Assembly: GCA_025059415.1 (NCBI GenBank)
Contig: JANXDQ010000025.1
Location: forward strand, 1-13,811
Reading direction: 5' to 3'
Source: Aigarchaeota archaeon
Lineage (GTDB): Archaea > Thermoproteota > Nitrososphaeria_A > Caldarchaeales > Wolframiiraptoraceae
DNA length: 13,811 nt
Position 1 is the first letter of the stretch, and the number at the start of each line of letters is the position of its first letter. A program made the position numbers and the translations under genes. This document shows positions 6,638-13,426 of the stretch, one piece after another. A model generated the notes under the pieces. It did not search any database. It had not been told where the DNA came from and worked only from the letters and a program-made list of their open reading frames with translations.

Positions 6638-7651
6638 ATGATTGAACAGCCCGTGGACCCCCTTCAGAAGGCTTCAAGGTGCTCGACGTGTCGGAGAAAT
6701 CCTCCAATATACTTCAGGAAGTATTCTGGTGAACGGCTGTGCGCCAAATGCTTCAGAGAAAACATCACCGAGAGGGTGAGGAAGACGATTTCAAAATACG
6801 ATCTCCTGAGACCCGATGACAGGATAATGGTGGCGGTATCGGGCGGAAAAGATAGCTTGAGCCTTCTCAGGATACTTCACAGGATCGAGCGGGATTTCCC
6901 CAGAGCAGAGCTATACGCAGTCACCGTGGACGAGGGGGTAGCGGGCTACAGGGAGGAATGCTTGAGGATAGTCAGGGACTTCTCCTCCCAACTGGACATA
7001 CCATTTCTAAGTATAAGCTTCAAAGAACTCTTCGGCTTCACTTTGGAAGATGCCGTGGAATGCGGGGCGGCGGAGAAGATTGGGATTCACCCGTGCACGG
7101 TCTGCGGCGTATTGAGGAGAAAGGCGTTGGTGAAGGCGGCTAGAAAGATTGGGGCGACCGTGATCGCGACCGCCCACACCTTAGATGACGTCGTCCAAAC
7201 ATACCTCCTAAACCTCCTAAAAGGTGAAGGGAATATCAAGCCGGTGGGGATTAGGAGGGAAGGAGGATCCGCGATACCCAGGATCGCGCCCTTCAGGCTC
7301 ATTCCCCAACGCGAGGTCGCGCTCTACGCATACCTCGAAAAAATACCGTTTCAGGTGAAGACATGCCCCTACACCCACACTTCGATGCGTGACAAAATCA
7401 GGGAATTCCTGAACTGGTACTCGGCGAGGTATCCGGAATCTCTCTACGCCTTTCTGAGCAATTTCGAGAGGATGCTCAATGCGCTCCTCAAAACCATGTC
7501 CGAGGGGAAGTGCGAGATCTGCGGGGAGCCGTCGAGTAGGAGGATGTGCAGGGCCTGTGAGATCGAGTTGGCGATCAAAAGAGAACTCGGGCTAGATCTG
7601 GAGGAACCCAAAGGTCTTGAACGTGAATCCGATATTCGCGGCGAGGAGTAG
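6638..7651 (+). CDS. ttuA: tRNA 2-thiolation PP-loop ATPase, TtuA/NcsA (Ncs6) family
   Basis: There is an N-terminal zinc finger CSTC...CAKC, the PP-loop SGGKDS and a C-terminal zinc finger CEICG...CRAC. The Cys residues in DEG...HPCTVCG...CPY fit the Fe-S cluster ligands of TtuA/Ncs6-type enzymes. Confidence 0.85.
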   Translation: MIEQPVDPLQKASRCSTCRRNPPIYFRKYSGERLCAKCFRENITERVRKTISKYDLLRPDDRIMVAVSGGKDSLSLLRILHRIERDFPRAELYAVTVDEGVAGYREECLRIVRDFSSQLDIPFLSISFKELFGFTLEDAVECGAAEKIGIHPCTVCGVLRRKALVKAARKIGATVIATAHTLDDVVQTYLLNLLKGEGNIKPVGIRREGGSAIPRIAPFRLIPQREVALYAYLEKIPFQVKTCPYTHTSMRDKIREFLNWYSARYPESLYAFLSNFERMLNALLKTMSEGKCEICGEPSSRRMCRACEIELAIKRELGLDLEEPKGLERESDIRGEE

Positions 7652-8833
7652 CAGACATATAGCTGTAAGGGACGTGTTTAGGAGCTTCATAGCCTTCTCG
7701 CATCTTATCCTCGGCTCGAGAAGGGCGGATAGGAGGAGGCTTCCATCGAGGAAGTAGATGGGCATCATGTTGAATATCGCAACATTTATGGCGATGAGCT
7801 GAGTCCACGAGAGGATCCTGTAAAGAGTATACTCGGCCGCAGGCGATCCGATATCGAGCTTTATGGGAAAATAGTAGTCCACGCGCCTGATGCCGATTTC
7901 GCCGAGGATCCACGCAAGGGGAACGTTGATGGGCTCCCCTAGCCGATATGTGAAATTCCCCCCACTCGTTTGGATCGTTATGAGATCTGTCGCCGAGATA
8001 TTCTCGAAAAGCGTGTTCCTATTCACGGGGACACCGTTAACGCTGTAGACGACGTCGTTGACCTTGATGCCGCTTCCCTCATCCACCTCTATGACTACGA
8101 CGCCCGCCTCCGCGGTCGAGAAGATCCCAAACATAAGCAATACAACTAGTAGTCCTACGACGAGGTTTGCGAGGCTCCCGCCGGCGGCCACTCTCGCCCT
8201 CGCCCTGCTAGACGCCTTCCTGAACTCCTCCTCATCTGGCTCCACGAATCCGCCGGGAAATAGGTAGAATAGGAAAAGCCCCGTGGATTTTATCCTGATT
8301 TTTTCAAGCCTCGCTATTAATCCATGCATCCCCTCGTGGGTAATCAAGACTATTCCGAGGGCGAAGAGTATGTAGGGGAGGTGTTCTAACCTTATGGTGA
8401 CGCCGATGACCAGGGGGATCACGATGTTCTGTGGGCCAACTTGAGTTGGCGTAAAGAGATAGACCCCGAGATTCTTTGAAAGGATGTATATGGAAAAAGC
8501 CATCATCCCGAATCCCAAGGCGACCCCCATATCTGATAAAACCTTAAGGATCGAGGGAGCAGTAGACGCGATCTTGTCAAACAAACCCACGGTTCTCTCA
8601 GTCTTCAGGACGAAGCCAAGTGGATATAGCTTAACCCCCCGCAGCCCCCGCCTAAAGACGAATCGGAAGATCAAATACGCAATAATCCAAATTACGGCGA
8701 AAACCACGAGTGGATGTAGAAGGAATTCTATCAACTCGGAATCGAGAAGAGGAAGCCAGGATATTAGGTTAACGATGTTTGAGGTTATGGGGAGGGGTCT
8801 TTTTCTAGAGAATGGCGAGCTCCGTCTTGGCAT
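7592..8833 (-). CDS. Site-2 protease family (M50) intramembrane zinc metalloprotease with PDZ-like insert
   Basis: HEGMH (the HExxH motif) sits in a hydrophobic segment, and [12 protein letters not shown] provides the second S2P motif (NxxPxxxLDG). There are multiple TM helices. A soluble insert between the motifs ([24 protein letters not shown]) resembles a PDZ domain. The ATG at 8833 overlaps the upstream ABC gene by 29 nt; an alternative TTG start lies at 8734. Confidence 0.85.
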   Translation of the reverse strand: MPRRSSPFSRKRPLPITSNIVNLISWLPLLDSELIEFLLHPLVVFAVIWIIAYLIFRFVFRRGLRGVKLYPLGFVLKTERTVGLFDKIASTAPSILKVLSDMGVALGFGMMAFSIYILSKNLGVYLFTPTQVGPQNIVIPLVIGVTIRLEHLPYILFALGIVLITHEGMHGLIARLEKIRIKSTGLFLFYLFPGGFVEPDEEEFRKASSRARARVAAGGSLANLVVGLLVVLLMFGIFSTAEAGVVVIEVDEGSGIKVNDVVYSVNGVPVNRNTLFENISATDLITIQTSGGNFTYRLGEPINVPLAWILGEIGIRRVDYYFPIKLDIGSPAAEYTLYRILSWTQLIAINVAIFNMMPIYFLDGSLLLSALLEPRIRCEKAMKLLNTSLTAICLLLLAANIGFTFKTFGFLQI

Positions 8834-9914
8834 CGAAGAGGTGTAATCTATCAGCGATGAAGCCTGCCCAAACTCTTTCTCCGAGTGGGGGCAGCTCGAC
8901 CGTTGGCGCTACTATGGCCTTAAGCAGGTATTCGCCGGCCTTGATGTCGACGATTAAGTTGGATCCCATGGGCTCGACAACATAGAGATTTGCTTGGAAG
9001 AATGTTTCCGGGATCTTGTTCTTTGACAGGATCATGTGCTCCGGCCTGAATCCTAGGACCACCTTATTACTCGTCACTTTCCCCTTCACAACACTCCCGA
9101 CCTCATCGGGCAGCTGATAGACGAAGATTCCCGCATCTAGGAGTATCTTAGAGTCGCGTTCAATTAAATCGGCTTCAACGAAGTTCATGGGTGGACTTCC
9201 CAAGAAGCCCGCGACAAAGAGATCTGCGGGTTTTTCATAGACAACGTTTGGAGGGGCATATTGGAGAATCTTACCATGGTTCATTACCGCGACCTTATCC
9301 GCCATGGCCATGGCCTCCGCTTGATCATGGGTCACATAGATCGTGGTGATCTTGAGGTCTTTCTGGAGCTTCTTGAGCTCGGCTCTCATGTATACCCTGA
9401 GCTTCGCGTCGAGGTTGCTCAAGGGCTCATCCATCAACCAGACCTTCGGATTCCTAACAAGCGCACGCCCTAAGGCGACTCTCTGCTGTTGTCCACCGCT
9501 GAGCTGCCTCGGTCTCCTCTCTAGGAGATCCTCTATCCTGAGAAGCCGCGCAACTTCCTTAACCCTCCTCTCTATTTCGTTCTTTGGGTATTTCCTCATC
9601 TTGAGCGGGAATGCGAGGTTGTCATAGACGCTCATGTGTGGGTAAAGCGCATAGCTCTGGAAGACCATCGCGATGTCCCTATCCTTGGGCGGGAGATCAT
9701 TCACCAATCTATCATCTATGTAGATCTCACCTTCATCAGGGGTCTCCAAGCCCGCAATACATCTCAAAGTCGTGGTTTTTCCACAGCCCGATGGCCCCAA
9801 AAGAACCACGAAATCGCCATCCCCAACCTCAAAACTAACTCCATCAACCGCAATAGTTTTATCAAACCGTTTACGAAGTCCGAGAACTCTAACTTTACTC
9901 AACCTTTCACCCAT
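8805..9914 (-). CDS. ABC transporter ATP-binding protein, MalK/UgpC-like (sugar-importer type), no adjacent permease
   Basis: Motifs present: Walker [11 protein letters not shown]-loop FQSYALYPH, signature LSGGQQQR, Walker [11 protein letters not shown]-loop YVTHDQ, and a C-terminal regulatory domain of about 140 aa as in MalK. The ORF track extends it to 9962. However, a strong minus-strand TATA (TTTTTTTAAATAA, 9931-9943) lies inside that extension, about 26 nt upstream of ATG 9914 ([10 protein letters not shown]...). I therefore favour the 9914 start. Confidence 0.88.
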   Translation of the reverse strand: MGERLSKVRVLGLRKRFDKTIAVDGVSFEVGDGDFVVLLGPSGCGKTTTLRCIAGLETPDEGEIYIDDRLVNDLPPKDRDIAMVFQSYALYPHMSVYDNLAFPLKMRKYPKNEIERRVKEVARLLRIEDLLERRPRQLSGGQQQRVALGRALVRNPKVWLMDEPLSNLDAKLRVYMRAELKKLQKDLKITTIYVTHDQAEAMAMADKVAVMNHGKILQYAPPNVVYEKPADLFVAGFLGSPPMNFVEADLIERDSKILLDAGIFVYQLPDEVGSVVKGKVTSNKVVLGFRPEHMILSKNKIPETFFQANLYVVEPMGSNLIVDIKAGEYLLKAIVAPTVELPPLGERVWAGFIADRLHLFDAKTELAIL

Positions 9915-9930
9915 AATGTTTTCTAGAAGC

Positions 9931-9943
9931 TTATTTAAAAAAA
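9931..9943 (-). promoter_or_regulatory. TATA box for the ABC ATPase / S2P transcription unit
   Basis: The minus strand reads TTTTTTTAAATAA, centred about 26 nt upstream of ATG 9914. This implies a leaderless or near-leaderless mRNA. Confidence 0.5.
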
Positions 9944-10018
9944 TTTCCCCTAACGGAGTCATTAAAGGGAATTTAAATGGGCTTAAGTTCCGGAATTTAG
10001 CCGCTAGAGAGCCGGTGA

Positions 10019-10207
10019 GTGAGTAATGTTAGGATTCGGATGAGGGATCTTCACATAGATTTCAACAGCGTGGACATAATTCCAAATGGACTAGGACTTA
10101 TCTACAGACATTCATCGGGATCGCGTGCACGGAGGACACCGGAGGTAGCTGCCAAGAGGATTAGAAAGCTGTTAGAGAAGCAGGCTGGAACATACCCAAC
10201 AATATGA
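10019..10207 (+). CDS. Doubtful hypothetical ORF (62 codons from GTG, or 55 from ATG at 10040)
   Basis: It is the only ORF in the AT-rich 9963-10336 gap, with a basic C-terminus ([20 protein letters not shown]). Third-codon positions are A/T-rich (GGA, CTA, ACA, CCA, TTA), unlike the neighbouring genes. I recognise no family. A T8 tract lies 76 nt downstream. The region may be non-coding. Confidence 0.2.
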   Translation: MSNVRIRMRDLHIDFNSVDIIPNGLGLIYRHSSGSRARRTPEVAAKRIRKLLEKQAGTYPTI

Positions 10208-10282
10208 GAACATTAAGAAGGTGAAGGAAGGATTAAAATTTAAAAATGTTTGGAGAAAAACGTAAAAATGACGTTGTGCAAC

Positions 10283-10290
10283 TTTTTTTT
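10283..10290 (+). terminator. T8 tract, candidate archaeal intrinsic termination signal
   Basis: This is an uninterrupted run of 8 T on the plus strand, preceded by the near-palindrome ACGTTGTGCAAC. Oligo-T tracts are the known archaeal RNA polymerase termination signal. Confidence 0.3.
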
Positions 10291-10336
10291 GAGTCAGCTG
10301 GTTAAACTTCTTTTTGATGGTTGGAGGTGAGGGCTT

Positions 10337-10621
10337 TTGGCAGGGACAATAGATCAAAGTTGGGAAGAGAGGAGGCAGAATGTCGTCCAGATTTTGGAAT
10401 CGATAGCGAATGATGTATCTACTCCGAGGAACATTAGGAGGGTTGCGAAGGCTGCTGCCGATGCCTTATTCGATGAACGGTATAAGCCAGCTGTGAGGGC
10501 GGCGAACGCCATCGAGATGATTGAGGAGATAATGAATGATCCGAATCTCCCGGTTTTCACGAGGACCCAGCTTTGGATGGCCATCTCGATCCTTGAGACC
10601 ATAAGATCTTCCCCGGATTAA
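10337..10621 (+). CDS. UPF0147-family protein (conserved archaeal, unknown function), 94 aa
   Basis: The TTG start is preceded by a perfect GGAGGTGA SD (10323-10330) with 6-nt spacing. The motifs DVSTPRNIRR...A..AL and PAVRAANAI..LEEI..DPN.P..TR...W..IS.LE match the archaeal UPF0147 family as I recall it. Confidence 0.75.
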   Translation: MAGTIDQSWEERRQNVVQILESIANDVSTPRNIRRVAKAAADALFDERYKPAVRAANAIEMIEEIMNDPNLPVFTRTQLWMAISILETIRSSPD

Positions 10622-10717
10622 TCACCGGATAATCTCCGAGTATAACCTCAACCATGGTGAATCTCCGGCCTGATTTTAAAGAATAAATCTGGAGTAAGTC
10701 CGAGAGATCGATGGCGG

Positions 10718-11188
10718 TTGACCGGCATGGATATCCGTCGAGGCAGGAAGCGCGTCAAATTCGAGATGGTCGATGAAAGTGGAGACAAGGTCATCGTCAT
10801 TTTTGAGGGAAGATTGAACAGGGAGAAGTTGTTGCAAATGGCGGACTTAATGGAGCTCTACGGCGGGTTCCCAAGTGGAGAGCAACAGGAAGAATACTAC
10901 TATGAGGACAGTAAGCTGGCCAAGCTGGCTAAGGTCATCACGAAATATTTCCCATTCGGGTACTTCGCCTCCCGCGACGTCTTGGAAGCATATATGGCCG
11001 AATACAGGGAGCCGATATCGCTGAGCACAGTATCTACGTATCTAACGAGGCTATCTGAGCGTGGATACCTTGAACGCGGCAAATCCGGGAACATCGTCAA
11101 GTACAGGCTTACGCGGCCGCGCGTGCCCGCTGATGGAGGAGATATTACTCCCAGAATACGCGGATACAACCTCGACGCGGAACTTTAG
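10718..11188 (+). CDS. Hypothetical protein with a C-terminal winged-helix DNA-binding domain, 156 aa
   Basis: The C-terminal half, FASRDVLEAYMAEYREPISLSTVSTYLTRLSERGYLERGKSGNIVKYRLT, has a wHTH pattern. The N-terminal half (KRVKFEMVDESGDKVIVIFEG...) and an acidic Tyr-rich linker (EQQEEYYYED) are not recognised. The start is TTG 10718 or ATG 10727. A TTTTAAAGAATAAAT TATA-like region lies at 10674-10688. Confidence 0.6.
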   Translation: MTGMDIRRGRKRVKFEMVDESGDKVIVIFEGRLNREKLLQMADLMELYGGFPSGEQQEEYYYEDSKLAKLAKVITKYFPFGYFASRDVLEAYMAEYREPISLSTVSTYLTRLSERGYLERGKSGNIVKYRLTRPRVPADGGDITPRIRGYNLDAEL

Positions 11189-11239
11189 GCCGGAAGATTC
11201 AATAGGTATACGGAAGTGTATAACCCTTGAGGGTGGGGG

Positions 11240-11638
11240 ATGCGGAAGTCCGTCAGGGATTTTCTGCGGAAATTGGACTTTAAAATCCCGGATGAGAAGG
11301 TCTTGAGAGCATTATTGGAGCTTTCCTCGTTGACGGAGCCGCAGCTCGAGGTCCTCTTGATAGAGGCGGCTTCCACGAGTTCTGGCATGAAGCTCACTTT
11401 CCGGGAGAAGGCGGGGATACGCGGGGTCGCCAAGGGAGCCTATGTGAGGACTCTGCGGCAGTCGATCGAGAACATAAAAAAGAGCATATTCACGATCTTC
11501 CTCCTGAAATATCTCGGAGTAATCGGCGAGGGGGCAATTTCATCGATCTTGGAGGCCGCGGATTTGCTCAACCAGGGGCGGTTTGCCGACGCCTTAAACC
11601 TGATAAATGACGTGACGTTAAGTGATGTCACAAGATAG
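11240..11638 (+). CDS. Hypothetical HTH protein (sigma-70 region-4 / LuxR / Tfx-like helix-turn-helix), 132 aa
   Basis: The ATG is preceded by GGGTGGGGG. The segment LTEPQLEVLLIEAAS....LTFREKAGIRGVAKGAYVRTLRQSIENIKKSI follows the LTxxQxEVL...(HTH)...I pattern of region-4/LuxR-type HTH domains. The family call is from pattern only. Confidence 0.55.
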   Translation: MRKSVRDFLRKLDFKIPDEKVLRALLELSSLTEPQLEVLLIEAASTSSGMKLTFREKAGIRGVAKGAYVRTLRQSIENIKKSIFTIFLLKYLGVIGEGAISSILEAADLLNQGRFADALNLINDVTLSDVTR

Positions 11639-11650
11639 GGGGCGGACAAT

Positions 11651-12019
11651 GTGACGCAGCTCCTTCTCCTCACGCTCATCTTCACAGCCCTCTTCGCCAT
11701 CCAAACAACGGTCTTCACATATCTACTCCTCAAACTAAGGAAATCCATGAGATCTATTGAGAGGATCACCGTTGAACACCGATATGAGCCTGAAGAGGTT
11801 TCTGAGAGTGAGTTGAAGATACTTAGGGAGCTGAGTTCCAGCGGGCCGCTTGGCGCGCGGGAGATAAGTAGGCGCCTCGGACTGAGCAGGGAGCACACGG
11901 CCAGAACCCTCAAGAAGATGGTCGAGGACGGTCTTCTAATACGGGAGGGTAAACCCTACCGCTATAAGATAACGGATTTGGGCTCCGAGCTATTGAGGTC
12001 ACGTGACGTTACGGGCTGA
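11651..12019 (+). CDS. Putative membrane-anchored winged-helix regulator, 122 aa
   Basis: A GTG start lies 12 nt after the previous stop. Residues 3-27 (QLLLLTLIFTALFAIQTTVFTYLLL) form a hydrophobic helix followed by KLRKSMRS, consistent with the positive-inside rule. The C-terminus SELKILRELSSSGPLGAREISRRLGLSREHTARTLKKMVEDGLLIREGKPYRYKITDLG is a MarR/ArsR-like wHTH. An alternative ATG start at codon 33 (nt 11747) would remove the TM segment. Confidence 0.6.
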   Translation: MTQLLLLTLIFTALFAIQTTVFTYLLLKLRKSMRSIERITVEHRYEPEEVSESELKILRELSSSGPLGAREISRRLGLSREHTARTLKKMVEDGLLIREGKPYRYKITDLGSELLRSRDVTG

Positions 12020-12085
12020 ATGCGCGAGCCCCATCTGGAGATGCCCCCGAAGAATTCATTAACTTGGGCCATAGAATTCATGATC

Positions 12086-12141
12086 GGCTGTGATGAGGCA
12101 TAGGGACCCGGATCCGTGAAGAAACCTGGGGTACCTGAGCC
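12086..12141 (+). ncRNA. C/D-box sRNA (2'-O-methylation guide), about 56 nt
   Basis: C box GTGATGA is at 12090-12096, followed by a 12-nt spacer (12097-12108) and D' CGGA (12109-12112). A 3-nt loop follows, then C' GTGAAGA (12116-12122), a 12-nt spacer (12123-12134) and D box CTGA (12135-12138). A terminal stem pairs GGC (12086-12088) with GCC (12139-12141). The two exact 12-nt spacers and the minimal D'-C' loop are the canonical archaeal architecture. Confidence 0.7.
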
Positions 12142-12181
12142 CCTTCTTTAACCCTTTTTAGGAAGGCATAAGGGATATGGG

Positions 12182-12520
12182 GTGGATATGGGTAAGAGGA
12201 AGATCGTCTCGGAGCCCGATGAGCTCGACGAGCTCGTTGAGCCCGGGCCCGGCGACGTCTACGGCATAGTGGTCAAGATGTATGGTAACGATAGGGTCTT
12301 GGTTGAGTGTAGTGATGGCAGGACGAGGCTCTGCAGGATCAGGGGGCAGCTCAGGAGGAGGATCTGGATAAGGGAGGGCGACCTAGTCTTGGTGAGCCCA
12401 TGGGATTTCCAGAGCGATACGAGGGGCGATATCTGGTGGAGGTTTACGAGGGGTCAGGCGCTGAAGCTCGCCGAGCAGGGCGTGATCCCGGACTTCCTCA
12501 AGCAGAAGCTCTCGGCCTAG
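12182..12520 (+). CDS. eif1a: Translation initiation factor aIF1A
   Basis: The S1/OB-fold core GDVYGIVVKMYGNDRVLVECSDGRTRLCRIRGQLRRRIWIREGDLVLVSPWDFQSDTRGDIWWRF is a typical aIF1A/eIF1A sequence. The start is GTG 12182 or, more likely, ATG 12188 (MGKRK...). Confidence 0.92.
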   Translation: MDMGKRKIVSEPDELDELVEPGPGDVYGIVVKMYGNDRVLVECSDGRTRLCRIRGQLRRRIWIREGDLVLVSPWDFQSDTRGDIWWRFTRGQALKLAEQGVIPDFLKQKLSA

Positions 12521-12568
12521 ACTTTTTCAAAGCTTTTTAGAAGGCCTCTCCAACCTATCTGCGAGAGT

Positions 12569-13381
12569 TTGTCCAATGATAGGATCGAGAAGAAGCTGAG
12601 GCTCAGGGAGCATAGGTATGAGCGCGAGCAGAGGTTTCTGAGGAAGAGGTCTGAGCTCGACGAGGTCTTGGAGGAGGTCTTCGACCAGCAGACCCTCATG
12701 ACGATTTACGAGCTCATGAACCGGGGGCTCATCAAGGACTTCTACGGCGTGGTCAGCGCGGGCAAGGAGTCCAGGATCTATTACGCAGAAGGTAGAGGCG
12801 GCGAGGGCCTCGCCGTCAAGATATATCTCGTGACGAGCGCCGAGTTCAAGAAGAGTAGGTCCATGTACACGGCCCATGACCCGAGGTTCCAGAGGGTGCC
12901 CAAGGACTTCAGGGACTTCATCTATCTCTGGGCGAGGAGGGAGTATAGGAACTTGGAGGAGGCTCGTGAGGCCGGCGTCCCCGTGCCGAGGCCATACTTC
13001 GTGAGGAATAACGTCCTCGGGATGGAGTTCATTGGCGAGGATGAGAAGCGTTATCCGCTATTGAATGAGGTGGCGCTCGAGGCCGAGACCTATTCGGAGA
13101 TTTACCCGCAGGTGATCGAGGCCGTTAAGAGGCTCTACAGCAACGCCAAGCTCGTACACGGAGACCTGAGCGAGTACAATATCTTCATCACCCCGGATGA
13201 TAAAATAGTCTTGATAGATCTCTCTCAGGCTGTTAGGGTCGAGCAGCCGGTCGCCGACCAGCTCCTCCTCAGGGACCTAAGGAACATCACGAGGTTCTTC
13301 GGGAAGATGGGGGTAGACGTGCCGGGGGCCGAGATCTTATTCGAGGAAATAACTGGGAGAAAGCCATTTGAGGTCTCCTAG
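12569..13381 (+). CDS. rio1: RIO-type serine/threonine protein kinase, Rio1 subfamily
   Basis: Motifs present: nucleotide-binding loop SAGKESRIYY, catalytic Lys in AVKIY, catalytic loop LVHGDLSEYNIF and metal-binding LIDLSQA. There is no N-terminal wHTH, which argues for Rio1 rather than Rio2. The start is TTG. Confidence 0.9.
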   Translation: MSNDRIEKKLRLREHRYEREQRFLRKRSELDEVLEEVFDQQTLMTIYELMNRGLIKDFYGVVSAGKESRIYYAEGRGGEGLAVKIYLVTSAEFKKSRSMYTAHDPRFQRVPKDFRDFIYLWARREYRNLEEAREAGVPVPRPYFVRNNVLGMEFIGEDEKRYPLLNEVALEAETYSEIYPQVIEAVKRLYSNAKLVHGDLSEYNIFITPDDKIVLIDLSQAVRVEQPVADQLLLRDLRNITRFFGKMGVDVPGAEILFEEITGRKPFEVS

Positions 13382-13426
13382 GCAATTGTTAAATTTCGGG
13401 TTCCGGGGTTCGGGGGAGGTGAGGCC

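Noticed and set aside
6609-6640. A 9-codon uORF (MSMKCVGNT*) whose TAA stop overlaps the ttuA ATG (TAATG).
   Set aside because: It is very short and has no SD. The likely TSS inferred from the TATA-like TTCTTAAGG box falls at or after the uORF start, so it is probably not translated.
7575-7913. A 112-aa minus-strand ORF overlapping the S2P gene in another frame.
   Set aside because: It lies inside the S2P CDS, whose own frame carries the NxxPxxxLDG motif in this very segment. The alternative translation has no motifs.
10622-10717. Short repeats upstream of the first HTH gene: AATCTCCG at 10631 and 10660, TCCGAG twice, and the palindrome ACCATGGT at 10651-10658.
   Set aside because: The repeats are only 6-8 nt, within chance expectation. 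They could be an operator, but sequence alone gives no support.
11440-11913. A 157-aa minus-strand ORF antisense to two of the HTH genes.
   Set aside because: It bridges two plus-strand genes that have SD/start signals and recognisable HTH domains. Its translation is Ser/Leu/Arg-rich with no motifs, so it is probably an antisense shadow ORF.
11998-12011. CACGTG-core palindromes and a repeated 11-mer. GTCACGTGAC lies at 11998-12007, and TCACGTGA lies at 1994-2001 directly abutting a TATA-like box. ACGTGACGTTA occurs at both 11610-11620 and 12001-12011, each time about 20 nt before the stop of consecutive genes.
   Set aside because: A back-of-envelope expectation for 13.8 kb is about 13 perfect 10-bp palindromes, about 50 perfect 8-bp palindromes and about 20 exact 11-mer repeats by chance. 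None of these is statistically notable on its own. The repeat can also be explained by both proteins ending in a similar ...DVT... peptide. It is worth revisiting only if a regulator footprint maps there.
12020-12103. A 27-codon ORF (MREPHLEMPPKNSLTWAIEFMIGCDEA) starting right after the stop of the previous gene.
   Set aside because: Its 3' part is the C box and first guide of the C/D sRNA. It has no SD, and the RNA-gene interpretation accounts for the sequence far better.
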